A stretch of 64,000 nucleotides of DNA from Schmidtea nova (lineage: Eukaryota). The stretch is from the NCBI GenBank assembly GCA_044892505.1, contig CM097883.1, positions 70,556,001-70,620,000 of the forward strand. Reading direction: 5' to 3'. Shown in pieces: positions 38,780 to 51,890 of the stretch; position 1 is the stretch's first letter, and each line of letters opens with the position of its first letter. A program made the position numbers and the translations under genes. Below the pieces are notes generated by a model. The model saw only the letters and a list, made by a program, of their open reading frames with translations. It was not told the DNA's origin and did no database searches.

Positions 38780-39341
38780 ACGGCATTTTGCCAAGTCTCC
38801 TTCTAAATTTCAAATGTCATACTGAAATGCGAGTTAAAGTTGCGAGCTTTGATAAATTCGAACCAATAACTGAAGATATCCTTCCAAAGGAAACTTGCTC
38901 AAAAATTATTGATTTGGAATTCATTTGCAAGGATTTCTTATTTGAAGCATTAATTCATGCAATTGTTACAATGGCTGAAATGGATCTAATAAATGATGAA
39001 CAGACGGATATGTTGAGCAACCATGCTGAGTTTATCACCAATTATAACGAGAGGTGCGATAATTATAACAACAGCAGTAGTTCATGCTAGTAGTTCATGC
39101 TAAGTTCATACCTAAGCACACCTTACCCCCTTTGACATCCATTTGCAGTGATATTAAATATCAAATCGGAAAACATCCAAAGATAATTTCCCAGCCTGCT
39201 GGCCGCTATCAAACACAACGATTTAGAAAAACTCAATGTCCAACTGTTGGGCGAATAATATACTCCCTAACGATACATGGTCGGACTAACGAGGAAAGAA
39301 TCGAGGCAAACAATATAATGATGGTAAAAGTCAATACCACA
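38780..39341 (+). repeat. 5'-truncated 3' LTR of inner element
   Basis: Homologous to 34157-34717. Lacks the first ~316 bp and has no PPT upstream. Confidence 0.85.
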
Positions 39342-40796
39342 CATGGCATAGCCGAGATGCTCGTTCGACTCCGATTAGGCATTAAAAGAAAGCTATAACT
39401 TAGCTTTATTAGTTGATTTTATCTGTTCATCAAAAAATAAGGCTGACGTCCTAACTCGTGTAAAAAGCACGTGGTTAAAACCACGACAGCAGGCGTTATG
39501 TTGCGCGTTGCAAGAGCAGATATCTGAGATTCATAATCAACATCATTTTGGTGTCAATAGAATATGGTATTTCACGAAGATTCAAAATGATCAGATAACG
39601 AGAAAAGACTGTTGTCAGAAATTTGTCAGATCGTGTGACCGTTGTAAGGCAATTGATCCTGGCCCATTCGATATCAACATGGTTCACTCGAGGTTCAGGA
39701 AGTGTGGCGTAGACTTGCATGCGATATTACACATTACAATAATGATTGTTATTTCACATTGATAGACTGTGGTCCCAGCCGCTACTCACTGTGGAGGAAA
39801 ATAAGATCGGAAAACGCAAGCGAAATTTGTATAAACCTCATGCAGATATTCAGAAAAAGAGGAGCACCGGGGGAGCACCGGAGGTGCACCGGAGGAGCTT
39901 CTACTCGACAACAGCCCGGTGTTTCGATCAAACAAGCTTGTTGATTTGTGCAAAAGTTGGAATGTGCAAATTCATTTTAGATGCGCGTATAGACCACAAG
40001 GCAACATGATTATCGAGAGGAACCATCGCACCATCAAGCGAAATGCAGTAAGGTGTCGGACAGATCCTTTAACAATGGTGCAATGGTATAATCTGGCACC
40101 GACTGACGGAACTGATGAGGAATCGTGTCCCCACATAAGATTGTTCAAATATCCGTGGAAACAAGAAGTCGGCATCAATACAAGAGGCATACAGTGAGGG
40201 GACAGGGTTTACGTTAAACCCTCAAATGTCAGGTGCACTACTGAATGGCCAATCGGTGTGGTTACTAATCCGGTGGAGGATCATTAAGTCGAGGTTAACG
40301 GTGTTCTACGACATATAAAAGATGTTCGTCGCGTGGAGACACCTGAGTGTGAACCCGTGGAAAGGCAACAATCCACTTGTGTACGGCATCGTCCTGAATA
40401 TCTGTATAATTATGATTATGTAGATGACTACACCAGCGACGATCAAGAGTCTGTTTCGAAAACTACCAGGGCTGATGATCTTGAAATCAGGGCGGAATGT
40501 GGTTTAAATGAAAATATGTTGTTTAAATAAGGTAAAAAACGTGAAGAGGCAGAATTCGAAATAGTGTTGTTGTATAAATAAACTTTTGTCTATTTCCATT
40601 TAACAATAATCACTATTTCAAATGATAATGATGAAATTATTCCAATAATTATAAATTCATATTCAGNNNNNNNNNNNNNNNNNNNNNNNNNNNNNNNNNN
40701 NNNNNNNNNNNNNNNNNNNNNNNNNNNNNNNNNNNNNNNNNNNNNNNNNNNNNNNNNNNNNNNNNNNNNNNNNNNNNNNNNNNNNNNNNNNNNNNN

Positions 40797-40981
40797 ATGA
40801 CTATAGATCAAAATTTTTTTTTATAAACAATAACACAATATTTCGGCACAGCCTTTATCAAGTGTGTATTGTGTCATATTGTGTTATTGTTTATAAAAAA
40901 AAATTTTGATCTATAGTCATTATGAGAATTATTGATAATAATAATAAAAAAAGATTAAAGGTGAAAAAAGATAATTATGAT
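40797..40981. repeat. fold-back palindromic element, copy B
   Basis: ATGACTATAGATC...GATCTATAGTCAT arms with an asymmetric centre, adjacent to an N-gap. Confidence 0.88.
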
Positions 40982-40989
40982 ATTATTGA

Positions 40990-41063
<74 letters not shown>
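40980..41063. repeat. (ATT)n microsatellite
   Basis: Near-perfect ATT run. Confidence 0.95.
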
Positions 41064-41064
<1 letters not shown>

Positions 41065-41206
41065 GACTTCGAATATAAGATGTTCAATAATTTATTTAAA
41101 TCACAACTTTTATTCTTTCCAAATTTGAATTTCTACTTTTCATTTTCTTCTGGTTATTTAAACAAAAATAATTTATAATATATTTCTGCAATGTCATTTA
41201 ATTATA

Positions 41207-44200
41207 TTATAATAAAATACTACATAGCCCTCTTTGTTTTAAGCGGAGCAAAATATTTTCTCCAATCGTTTCATATGAATTTTCGCTTCTTTCTTCTGCT
41301 ATTATAGCAGGTTTTACTCGTTGCATATTTACTGTAACTTCGTTTGAGTCTTTGCTTATTGTTACAGTGTTCCCTTGTATTGACACGACTTTGTACGGCC
41401 CACTGTATCTTGGTTTCAAGTGATGCCTTCCGGTGCTTCTAACCATACTAGTTTTGTCGATGTCCAATTTCGCGGAAAATTGCTTTTATCTGCTTTAGGA
41501 TATCTTAGATTTGGATTGGTATTCAGTGTATTGTAATTTTGTCGAGCCTCTTCTAGTGCCTCCTACTCTTTTTCGCAAGAAGCTGAGAATATATCTACTG
41601 GTAGCATGGTGCCACTACCAAATAACATTTGCGTTGGTGATATGTTGGTTGGTGCGTGTGGAGAGTTTCTCCAACCGAGTAGTACCATTGGTAAGGCTTT
41701 TGTTCATCTGCACTTCTGTGTCATGCATCTTAATGTCGTCTTCAAAGAACGATGAAATCTTTCAATCAATCCATTTGATTGCGGATGATATGCAGTTGTA
41801 TGTATGTATTTTACTCCAAAGATTTTAACTAAAGTATTAAAAATATTACTCTGAAATTGGGTGCCTTGGTCGGTTATAATATGATTTGGAATTCCATACC
41901 TTGCAAACCACGTGTTTGTTATGACTTTTACAATAGTTTCTGCCGATATTGATGTAACTGGAACTGCTTCCGGCCAACGAGAATATTTATCCATATGAGT
42001 TACTAGATAAGTGAATCCTTCCGATGGTGGTAGTGGTCCCACAATATCCACATGCAGAACTTCAAATCTATTTCCTGTGGGAAAACTCTGTATTTGGGGC
42101 TTTAATCGCTTGTGAATTTTATTTGCTTGACACTCGATGCAACTGCGGCACCACTCTTGAATATATTTTTTTTTCATTCCAGGCCAACATGCTCTGAGTT
42201 TTGCCAGCTGATAAGTTACATTGACTCCAGGATGATGATGTTGATGTACCTCCCTTAGTTCTTTAGATAAAATTGGCTTAGCTGTCCCAGATATTGACAT
42301 ATCGTAAAATATTCCATCTTCTTCTATAACCTCTTTAAACCTTTCTACATCTGTCTTCTCAGAAGGTTTTGCTCTGATTCGGTCTTTCTTGAGATCTCCT
42401 TGGAATTGAATGGAATTTATCGAAGCTTTTGATAGACAATCTGCTACTACGTTATCTTTACCTGCGGTATATTTAATATTCAGATTAAATTCAGATAACA
42501 ATGAAATTTGACGTTGTTGCCGAGGAGAAGGTTTCTTCACCTCTAACGCATGAACTAAAGGTTTATGATCTGTAAATATTGTAAATGATTTTCCTTCTAG
42601 CATGTAGGAAAAGTGTTTTACGGCTTCTACTATTACTAAAAGGTCTCGATCGAATGCTGAATATCGAACCTGGGTAGATGATAATTTCTTTTAGAAGAAT
42701 TCTATTGGTCGTATTTCGCCATGTATTGTTTGATGTAACACGGCTCCAATTGCTAGGTCAGGCGCATTTGTTGCCAAAGATACTTCTGCTTTGCTATCCG
42801 GGAAAGCCAGTGTTTGAATCTGTGCTAATTTTGATTTCACTTTTCAAACGCTGTTTTCGCTTCCTCAGAATAGATGATGGTTTCCGATTTCTTTCCATTT
42901 ATCAGAGACGATAACGGTGACAATATTTCTGAAGCCTTTTTAATAAATTTATGATAAAAGTTTACCATTCCGAGAAATGTTCTTAATTGCGTTACTGTTT
43001 TTGGTATCTGCATATTTTTGATTGTTGCTAAACGTTTTGGAATGGGTGCCACGCCATTTTCCGATATCATGTGCCCGAGAAATGTAATTTCCCTTTTAAA
43101 AAATTGACACTTTTCCATGTTAATTTGCATATTGTTAACATGCAATTTTTCTAAAACGTTCATTATATGACTCTCATTTTTTGAATAATTCTGAGAGGAT
43201 ATTATCACTTCATCCACGTAAGCAACCGCGAAATCTGCTTCACGTTATACTTTGTCTATGTACCTTTGGAAAGACTGAGATGCATTCTTTAACCGAAATG
43301 GCATTCGTAGAAACTCGAATAATCCAAACGGTGTTTCCACAGCTGTTTTTTCGATATCCTCTTCCGCTACCGGTAACTGGTGATACGCCTTCTTTAGGTC
43401 ACTTTTTGAGAATACTTTGCACTCACTAAATATATGTTATATGTCTGATATTAAAGGCATTGGATAAGCTTCTGATTTTGTGAGTCTGTTTAATGCTCGG
43501 TAGTCTCCACATGGTCGAATAGATCCGTCTTTCTTTGTTACAATGTGCAACGGCAAAGACCACTCTGAGTCCGATCGTCTGACTACTCCATCTCTTTCTA
43601 ACTGTCGGAACTCTTCTTCTGCCGCTTTCCTTCTTTCGGAATTCAGCTCTCTGACTTTACAAGTAACCGGTGTTGTCGCTATGGTTGGAATGTGATGCTC
43701 TGTTTTCCTCATATCGTTCATTGTTGTTGATCTTGTCACGCAATTCGGAAATTTATTCAATAATGCTTTCTCCACACTTATGGGAATGTTGACCCTATTC
43801 TCTCCAATAACGTTAACTATTGAGGTGCCATTTTCCTCTGATTTATTTCTATCAGTTAGCAGTCAATTTCTTTTGCAGTCTACCAATATATCAAAGTGGG
43901 CCAAGAAATCTTCTCCTAAAATAGGTGTCATCTTTTGAGCAATTGTGAAAGTCCACGTGAACTCTCGCTGAAGTGGTATCATGAAAAAGGATATTGTACG
44001 CTGTCGATACACTGGTATAATTGACCCGTTTGCACGACTAAGTTTTGAATTGGTGTCCCACCATCTGGTGGAATGATTGACAAACATGAACCTGAATCAA
44101 TTAAAAAATCAAAGTTTTTATTTGTACCCACTACATTAGATTTTATTTTGAAAATACTCATGATCGATGAGCTTCCTGAAGTTAGTTTTTCCTCAGGAGG

Positions 44201-44880
44201 TTCTGCCTGTTTCCCTGCTTTGATAATTGTGACTTTTAGGAACATCCAGAAATACATTTAATGGCCTTTTCCCAAAATAGTGCATGGTATATGCATATTG
44301 ATTTAATTTCTTCATTATTCTTTTCCTTGTATTCACAACCAATAACGCATTTCAGTGCATTGTTTTTAAATTTTTGGTGAAAGTAGCATATTAGTGGTTT
44401 TGATTTCCGGCGATCTATATCTAAAGTTTTGGTTCGTTGAATAATTGTAACGCACATTTCCTCCGACGATATCTCTTCTTTGTTTCCAATGCTGTATATT
44501 TCTCGGACATTTATTTCCATTAGCTTGTCTGCGATCTTGGCTAGCTCATTCACGTCTTGTTGTGGATTTAATGTCAGCATTAGTTGCATTTGCTTTGGTA
44601 ATATTCTTAAAAATAATTGCTTGATTAAAAGATCATTGTTGGCAGAACCTTCTTGAATTTTATTTAAATCGCTTCTGAGTTTTTTTGTGTATTCGGATGG
44701 CTTTAACGTGCCTAGACTTGGCGTTTTGAAATAGAACTCTATCAAATTGCTCTGTTGAGGTAGGTATTGTTTCTATATTGCAGACTTTAAGTTTCCATAT
44801 GGCTCTTTATCCGCGAGTATGGATTCTAGTTTCTCTTCTAACTCGTGTAAGAGGCTGTTAGGTAAAGCTTTGTTCATTAT
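41207..44880 (-). mobile_element. degenerate Ty3/gypsy element 5 (partial gag, PR, RT, RNaseH, IN; no LTR seen)
   Basis: FLIDSGS, SEWSLPLHIVTKKDGSIRPCGDYRALN, YVDE, FTDHKPL, LHVDIVGP, ITDQG, NGLIER and YSGPY in minus-strand ORFs. Related to elements 2 and 4. Confidence 0.92.
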
Positions 44881-45260
44881 TTATTATGGCGTGCAAATAA
44901 TAAATAAAGTGCATTCACGTGCATGATATTTACTATATTAATATATTTATATTTTTAATTAAAATTTATTCTTGACAAATTTGTTTAGTCTTATTTTATT
45001 TAATTCGAAATATATATTGTTAAATTACGTATGTTTTTTAATTCATTAACTTTTTTTCTTATTTCATACTATTTAACAAAATTTATTTTTGATTTCACCA
45101 GCCCAACAATTCAATTATTAAAAATTAAGGATTGTTGAATTTCAACATCCTTAACATCACTCATAATGATAATTTCATTTTTATTTTTTTTTGACACACA
45201 AGTTATATGTATATCAGCAGGTCTTTTGTTATTATATCATTTATTTATAGAATCATTTAT

Positions 45261-45520
45261 CATAATTACCTTTTTGTTTCACCTTTAATCTTTTTTAATA
45301 TTAATATCAATAATTCCCATAATAATTAGACTATAAATCAAACTTTCTTTAAACAAGTACACAATATTATGGCACAGCCTTTATCAAGTGTGTATGAAAC
45401 ATATGTATAAAACATAGAGTGTATGAAACACACTTGATAAAGACTGCCGAAATATTGCGTACTTGTTTAAAGAAATTGTGATCTATAGTCTTACCATTAT
45501 GGGAATTATTGATATTAATA
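45261..45520. repeat. fold-back palindromic element, copy C
   Basis: Same arms as copy A. Centre is expanded by about three GTGTATGAAACA-like units. Confidence 0.88.
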
Positions 45521-46623
45521 AAATCATTTATAGTTTTATTTGAATTTATATCATTATTTGTATTTATAGTATTAATATTATTTATAATATTAGAATTTCG
45601 AAAGATCGATTTATTATTTTTAAAAAACTGTGAAAGATGAATTTTATGTTCATTATTAAAGTCGGAATAACGTAGGGTGTGGAATGTTTTGCACTTCAGA
45701 CATATGAAAAAATCAATGCCATTAATCTTATAATGAAAATATTTCGCCATTAGATCATGACATTGATTATTATGTTTCATAGATGAAACACAACAATTAT
45801 GATAAAGTGAGCCTGAATATATGTCAAAAATTAATTATTATCAAATATAATTGTTATGAAACGATATTTATAATCTTATAAAATAATTTCTATAACAAAT
45901 TATTATAAAAATGTATTTATAATAAATTGTTTTCTATAGCAAACTATTATAAAAATGATTTTAATAAAATTGATAATTTATTATAGAAAATTACATATTA
46001 AAAAAGTACATAAAAATCTTTTAATGTTGTGTCCTACAACAAATTATTATAAAAATGATTTTAATACCTAATATAATACATAATTGCAAATTAATAAAAC
46101 TTCATAATAACAACTTTAAAATCAAATTAAAATTATTAAAAAATTCATATAAGAATACTATTAAAAAATCATATAAAAATTAAAAAAATAATAAAAATAC
46201 TACTTACATTTGACATTAAATATCTGCATATTGCCTAACATATTGGCATTCTCGCCTAGAATATTCATAGTTGGCATGATATCATTTTCGTCTACCATAT
46301 TCTCGGCTAGCATATTCTGAGTTGCCATATTGTTGGGGTTAGGCTGAAGTAGTGCAAGTAAAACGGGAGTGCGCCAGGGGTTGAAGGAAAAATCAATAAA
46401 AAGGCTGAAAAGTGTTAAATTCACAATTAATAAATAAATACAAAAAATTAATTAAAAATTTGAAAAATTTGAAAAATTTAAAATGAAGATTTACCGGGGA
46501 AATGGTATGTACGAATGGTAAATGGAGAGACGAATATGATAATAAAATATCAATAGGGGTCCCCAAAAAAAGAAATTCAGTAAATAGAAATTAATTAAAA
46601 ATTAATAAATAATTTCGTAGTTC

Positions 46624-47187
46624 TGTAGAAAACCCGAGTCAGGGTAAGCCCAAGTGCATAGGAGATCCGGGATAGTGGAGAGCCCGAGCAAAGGGAAACC
46701 TGAGAGGAAATTGAATTAACAAAAGCGCGGATCAAAGAAATCAAATTAGAGCAAATCATGATTAGCAAAATTCCAATTACGGAATATCATAATTGAATTT
46801 GACCGCCAGTTTGGAAAACATAACCAATTTGTTGACAAATTGGGAAAATATAAAAGCGGCAAGAAAAACAGAAAATTGCCAGTTTCGTCGAAGAGAATTA
46901 TCATCAGTTTTAAAGAGTGAGTAAGTGTAAAGGAGATTTTCGTGTAGTAACATTAGCCAATCAAGCATATCAGAAAGTGCAATCTACCCTTGGTAGACCT
47001 AACCCTATCGCTTAGACAAAGAGTGCAGAAAGAGAGCGTAGAAACAATAAAGATTATATTGATTTTAGTTGTTCTGAATTCTCAGATTTGAATAAATAAA
47101 ATTTAGTGTGTTGGGTCTCAGTTATATTTTTATTAAAGGAGCACCAGGAGTCAGAAACTAGACCGACTCAAAATTAATAACCCAACA
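46624..47187 (+). repeat. possible solo-LTR-like segment
   Basis: Purine-rich island with TG start, internal AATAAA and an ACCCAACA end. No TSD or partner found. Confidence 0.25.
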
Positions 47188-48121
47188 ATATTATTAATTG
47201 GAATATCATTATTATTTGAAATATTCGGAACTGCCATATTATCAGCTAGCATAAGTCCATTTAATTTTATCGAATCTGTGTTAATAGATCTAAGCTCTAA
47301 AATGTGTTATTAATTTTATAAATAATATAAAATAAAAAATTACCATTCACTTCCAAATCAATATTTCTTTGGACTCAATAAATAAAAGAATAAGCTGATG
47401 TTGAAGCTGCTAAAATGATAAAAATGATAAATAAATAAAATAAATAATTTACCAATATTGGAGAGAACCTTGGTTTTTATGTTGTTGATAGTCTTGAACA
47501 TCTTGAAAAAGTAATAATAATTAAATTATGGATTAATTGAATTGTATATAGTAAAAAGTGAAATAAAAATGGAAAGATAAGATATATAAATATAGTTTTC
47601 AATATTTATTAATCAACCAATCAAAAGCAGTTTAGAAAAGGAAAAACGTACACAATATGAATGTTTATATAATTTAAGTGCATGTGTTTACATGTTTAAT
47701 ATGTATGCATGATTGTGTAAACCAAACACGCAAATATGGTCAATTAATGGAATGAGCATTGTTCTCAATCATTGGTGATTTCTGAATGAGCAATTAATTT
47801 AATTTAATTTAATAATTGTGATTATTATTTTTCTTTCAAACTTGTGTTTTACTGGATCAATTTCGGATTCAGAATTTTTGAGTTCTTTTGTAATTTAAAA
47901 GATTTTGAGTAATAATAAATATTTTTAGATGATTTTTTAAAAATTAAAACTTTGGATTTAATTTTTTGGCCTTTTATTAAATCAGATATGATATTGGAGG
48001 ATTTTAATGCATGTAATTATGAGGTGGATTCTGACGAAGTTGATTATGCAGAGAATAATTATAACATTGAAAATTATAACATTTAAATACGGAAAGCCAT
48101 GGAGAATCATGAAATCCGACA

Positions 48122-48670
48122 ATGGTGTTAATACTTTCGCGTGTCTCTGACGGTAATTCACCTGAAGATCGCTTCAAAGTCTATCTAATTGAAAATTTCC
48201 GTAGATTATCGGCAAAAGAAGATTTACTGCGATCGCTTGTTTCTCCCCATCAGTTTATATTGTTCTGTATATACAGTTGTGGCATTAGGTGGTTCATTCT
48301 CAGCTTGGTGAAGAAACATTATCTGCAACAATTTACATTGTTTGGATGGACTCATGTGACACTGCTAGTAATAGTCACTTCTTCCCATTTTATGATGAAC
48401 AATATATGCACTGGAATTATATTGTTTTCAGTTACAGATTTTATGATTATATGTAATGATATTATGGCATATATGTTTGGGTTTTTTTCGGGAGAACTCC
48501 GCGAATTAAATTATCCCCTAAAAAAATATGGAAGAACTTATTCGTTGTGGTTTGTCTATATTGGTCTTTGATATTCTTTTCTCTCAATCCTTGATCAAAT
48601 ATGATTATTGTTTATATCTACTGAAATTTGACGATGGAAAAATTGCTCTACCCATGAAATGCGGCATTCG
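48122..48670 (+). pseudogene. CDS: phosphatidate cytidylyltransferase (CDP-DAG synthase) fragment with two frameshifts
   Basis: LSLVKKHY, FGWTHVTLL and ICNDIMAYMFGFF. After a shift in the T-run at 48482-48488 it reads GRTPRIKLSPKKIW, and it shifts again near 48530. No introns seen. Confidence 0.88.
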
Positions 48671-48714
48671 TTCGGTTCTCAATATTCTGATCAGTCACAA
48701 CTGGCCTGGATCTA

Positions 48715-49290
48715 ACAATCATATTAATTTTTGTGAATATAAAAATGTGAAAAATTTGATTGCGCGTGTTTGCTTCGATTTTTGCAATTTAATTAAATTA
48801 ACTGATGTGGTTGCTGACGATTCGTATATTTTTCATTTGACTTTTATACTCGTTTAATTTTTCAAAAGTCATGGGCGAAATGGTACATATTTTGGAGAAT
48901 ACTGACCGTCTTTTCTGTACTCAAGTTTTAAAGCATTGTCAATTGATGATGATTGGTTTCTTCTTCAATCATATTGTTATTTATAAATATGGTAATATTT
49001 ATAAAATATTCTTTAAAATTTTTTTTTTTAAAAATATGATTCTTAAGATTAATTTAATTAAAATAAAAAATAATTTTATCGTTTTAAAAGTTTTGATTAC
49101 TTTAAAAATTTTTATTGCATTTTTTTAAAAATTATGATTAATTTGTTTTAAAATTGATTAATTTGATTTATATTGAAAATGTTTACTGAATATCATCAGA
49201 CGATGAAAATGAATTTCTCTAAATATATTGTGCAGAATATAATTTTGGATTAGCATTTGCTTTTAATTATTTCAATGTCATATTTTTTGT
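48715..49290 (+). pseudogene. diverged paralogue of family X (3' part, spacer and next 5' start)
   Basis: KLTDVVADDSY, MGEMVHILENTDRLFCTQVLKHCQ and YKYGNIYK, plus ATGAAAATGAATTTCTCTAAATATATTGTGCAGAAT at about 49203. All parallel 30303-31183. Confidence 0.8.
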
Positions 49291-50019
49291 ATTATATTTT
49301 TCTATAGTTTCAACTTTAAAGCGCTTTGATAGTTATAAAAGAAATTTTAAATAAAACTAAATTAAATAACACATTTACAATATTCACCACCTTATTAAAA
49401 ACTTGTTGGGAAACATAAATACTGTCAGAAGAAGTGTAATAAATCACTAAAGTATATCATTATTGTAAATCTGACGCATTTCAGAAACGAGAAGTTTCTG
49501 GAAAACCGCGAACATCTGCAACTCAAGAAAATGGGCAGGATATTTGAGACCTTATTAAGTCTGACAATTCCTTGAGCCTTGTCAATCTCTCTATGATTAC
49601 TGACATCTAAAAGTCTACTATTCAATGTATTATGACCTAAGAACTTCAAAAGATCAGTGTCCATACCAAATGGATTCCATATGACTTGAGCAGCATTCAA
49701 AAGTAAAACTGAGTCTTAAAATGCTAAGACGTGCTTTGATGGCTCATAACATTAGTAACAGATTGTTCTCTATAGATGAGAAGAGAATATAACCTCAACG
49801 TTTACCATCTTTGTATTTCACCAGATTGTGGATCTATTGCTGGAGGCAATAGACCACAAGCATAATACGTGACAAAAATATTTATGGTTAATGTCCACAG
49901 ACCTTGAAGGCCACTCCTACTTTGGGGTTTTTGTCACTGGAGATAGTCAAAACATGAATGGTATGCGGAATTCCTATTGTGAATTATTTGGCGTTTTCAT
50001 TTTACGAGCCATATCCTCT

Positions 50020-50310
50020 TCCAAGATAATTCTCGCCCGTATATGTCGCGAATACAGTTCAAAGCTGAATGGAAGAAAAAATATCAACATTCTTCGACAG
50101 TACCATTATTCTTCTGATCTGATTTTAATAGATCAATACACGTTTAAAGCTTTTGAGGCATTTTGAGAAGTGGATAATTTGTCTACAAAGGATTTAGTAA
50201 GAGAAAAGATTCAAAATTTTAATGTAAATTTTACTAGTGAGGAATTTAAGAAAGAATTTAGCTGGTTGGAAGCCTAAATCGGCATTGTGATTTACAGTGG
50301 TGAAACCAAC
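50020..50310 (+). mobile_element. highly decayed mariner transposase C-terminal remnant
   Basis: QDNSRP (equivalent to HDNARP) at 50022, and YSSDLILIDQYTFKAF (equivalent to YSPDLAPSDY.LF) at about 50107. Confidence 0.5.
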
Positions 50311-51539
50311 TTATAAATATTTAACCCACTTTATCCTACGTCATTTGTTTTTATTGAATGCTATTGAATCTTTTAGAATATAAGTCACAAAAAGTGACAT
50401 TATTTGGGACCCCCTATATATGCTTTTGCGAATTAACTTTTTTTAACTAAATAATTTTATTATTTATAAAGGTATTAGTCGATTGAACTGCGGCAATCGC
50501 AGAAAAAGAATAACTATATATCAACGCTCCAAAAGTTTGGTAAGGAGAGCCGACACATTGAAAGTGCATGGTTTAAATCTATCAGAGAATGAAGGTTAGA
50601 AAGAACAATTTGAAAAAACATATGATAGGTGGAGGTCAGGTATAAATGTTATGTAACCTCTAAGGAGCCAGGCAGATTACAAAGCGTGACAACGTATCGT
50701 AATCTAAGTTCACATCAGCTTTGATTATTAATTAAACATAATTTTTATAAATTGATATATTAGAAATATTAGAAAGCATCACTAACTTCGAAAATAGTGA
50801 AAGAATATATGGGAATAGACACTGAATAGTATTTTCATATTTATTTATTAAGACAAAATGCATTAAGTTATATATGTAGGGTAATGTCAAAATAATTCAT
50901 AAAAATTAAATTAAATATATTACTTTTAATTTGTAGGTAATACTGNNNNNNNNNNNNNNNNNNNNNNNNNNNNNNNNNNNNNNNNNNNNNNNNNNNNNNN
51001 NNNNNNNNNNNNNNNNNNNNNNNNNNNNNNNNNNNNNNNNNNNNNNNNNNNNNNNNNNNNNNNNNNNNNNNNNNNNNNNNNNNNNNNNNNNNNNNNNNNN
51101 NNNNNNNNNNNNNNNNNNNNNNNNNNNNNNNNNNNNNNNNNNNNNNNNNNNNNNNNNNNNNNNNNNNNNNNNNNNNNNNNNNNNNNNNNNNNNNNNNNNN
51201 NNNNNNNNNNNNNNNNNNNNNNNNNNNNNNNNNNNNNNNNNNNNNNNNNNNNNNNNNNNNNNNNNNNNNNNNNNNNNNNNNNNNNNNNNNNNNNNNNNNN
51301 NNNNNNNNNNNNNNNNNNNNNNNNNNNNNNNNNNNNNNNNNNNNNNNNNNNNNNNNNNNNNNNNNNNNNNNNNNNNNNNNNNNNNNNNNNNNNNNNNNNN
51401 NNNNNNNNNNNNNNNNNNNNNNNNNNNNNNNNNNNNNNNNNNNNNNNNNNNNNNNNNNNNNNNNAGATGTGTGAAAAAACATAAAATATCACAATTATAA
51501 TATCACATTAAAAACTTTGCTTTTATGTTTATCATTAGA

Positions 51540-51890
51540 AAAACCAAAACTGTTTGAAACATTAGATGTTAAAGAACGAAGATCCTTTTGAAAATGTCTG
51601 TTGCGTGGTGTCAAACATAAACAATATGAACAAAAAAGAATTTTTCAAATCTTGTCTAAAAGACATTCAACTCATAAATGACAGGCCCGCTGAAGTTTTA
51701 AGACATTTAAAATCAAAACTCGAATACCTTCAACCAAAAATAACAAGCACCGAATCAAAATAATTTATTAAAGATTTATTTATGAGGGTCATGCCATCAG
51801 AAATCGGAAGAAAACTAGCAGCAAGTAATAGACGGATCTAGAAACACTTGCAGATATTACCGCTAAAAACAAAGATAAAACTTTCCCAAC
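51540..51890 (+). mobile_element. gypsy gag remnant
   Basis: QLINDRPAEVLRHL...LFMRVMPSEIGRKLAAS...DLETLADI parallels the gag of elements 4 and 5. Confidence 0.55.

Larger units (their letters stand above)
33841..39341 (+). mobile_element. Ty3/gypsy element 4 (inner, nested), with internal deletions
   Basis: TGTGG...CCACA termini with a 5-bp TSD CATGG (33836-33840, 39342-39346). Gag at about 35190-36100; pol resumes at MKAYHQIP (36201), so PR and early RT are missing. YVDD, RNaseH and IN are present. Confidence 0.93.
31497..40608 (+). mobile_element. Ty3/gypsy element 3 (outer), split by a nested insertion
   Basis: 110-bp LTRs at 31497-31606 and 40498-40608, PPT AGGGCGGAA. Gag 31622-32110, ALIDTGCS, YVDD, WCDAS..EDAAWLR. 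RNaseH is interrupted at 33840 and resumes at 39342, followed by integrase (RLACDITH, IIERNHRTIK). Confidence 0.92.

Noticed and set aside
31491-40613. TSD and PBS for the outer gypsy 3
   Set aside because: The flanks ACATTT and ATCAC do not match, and no TGG-initiated PBS follows 31606, so neither was called.
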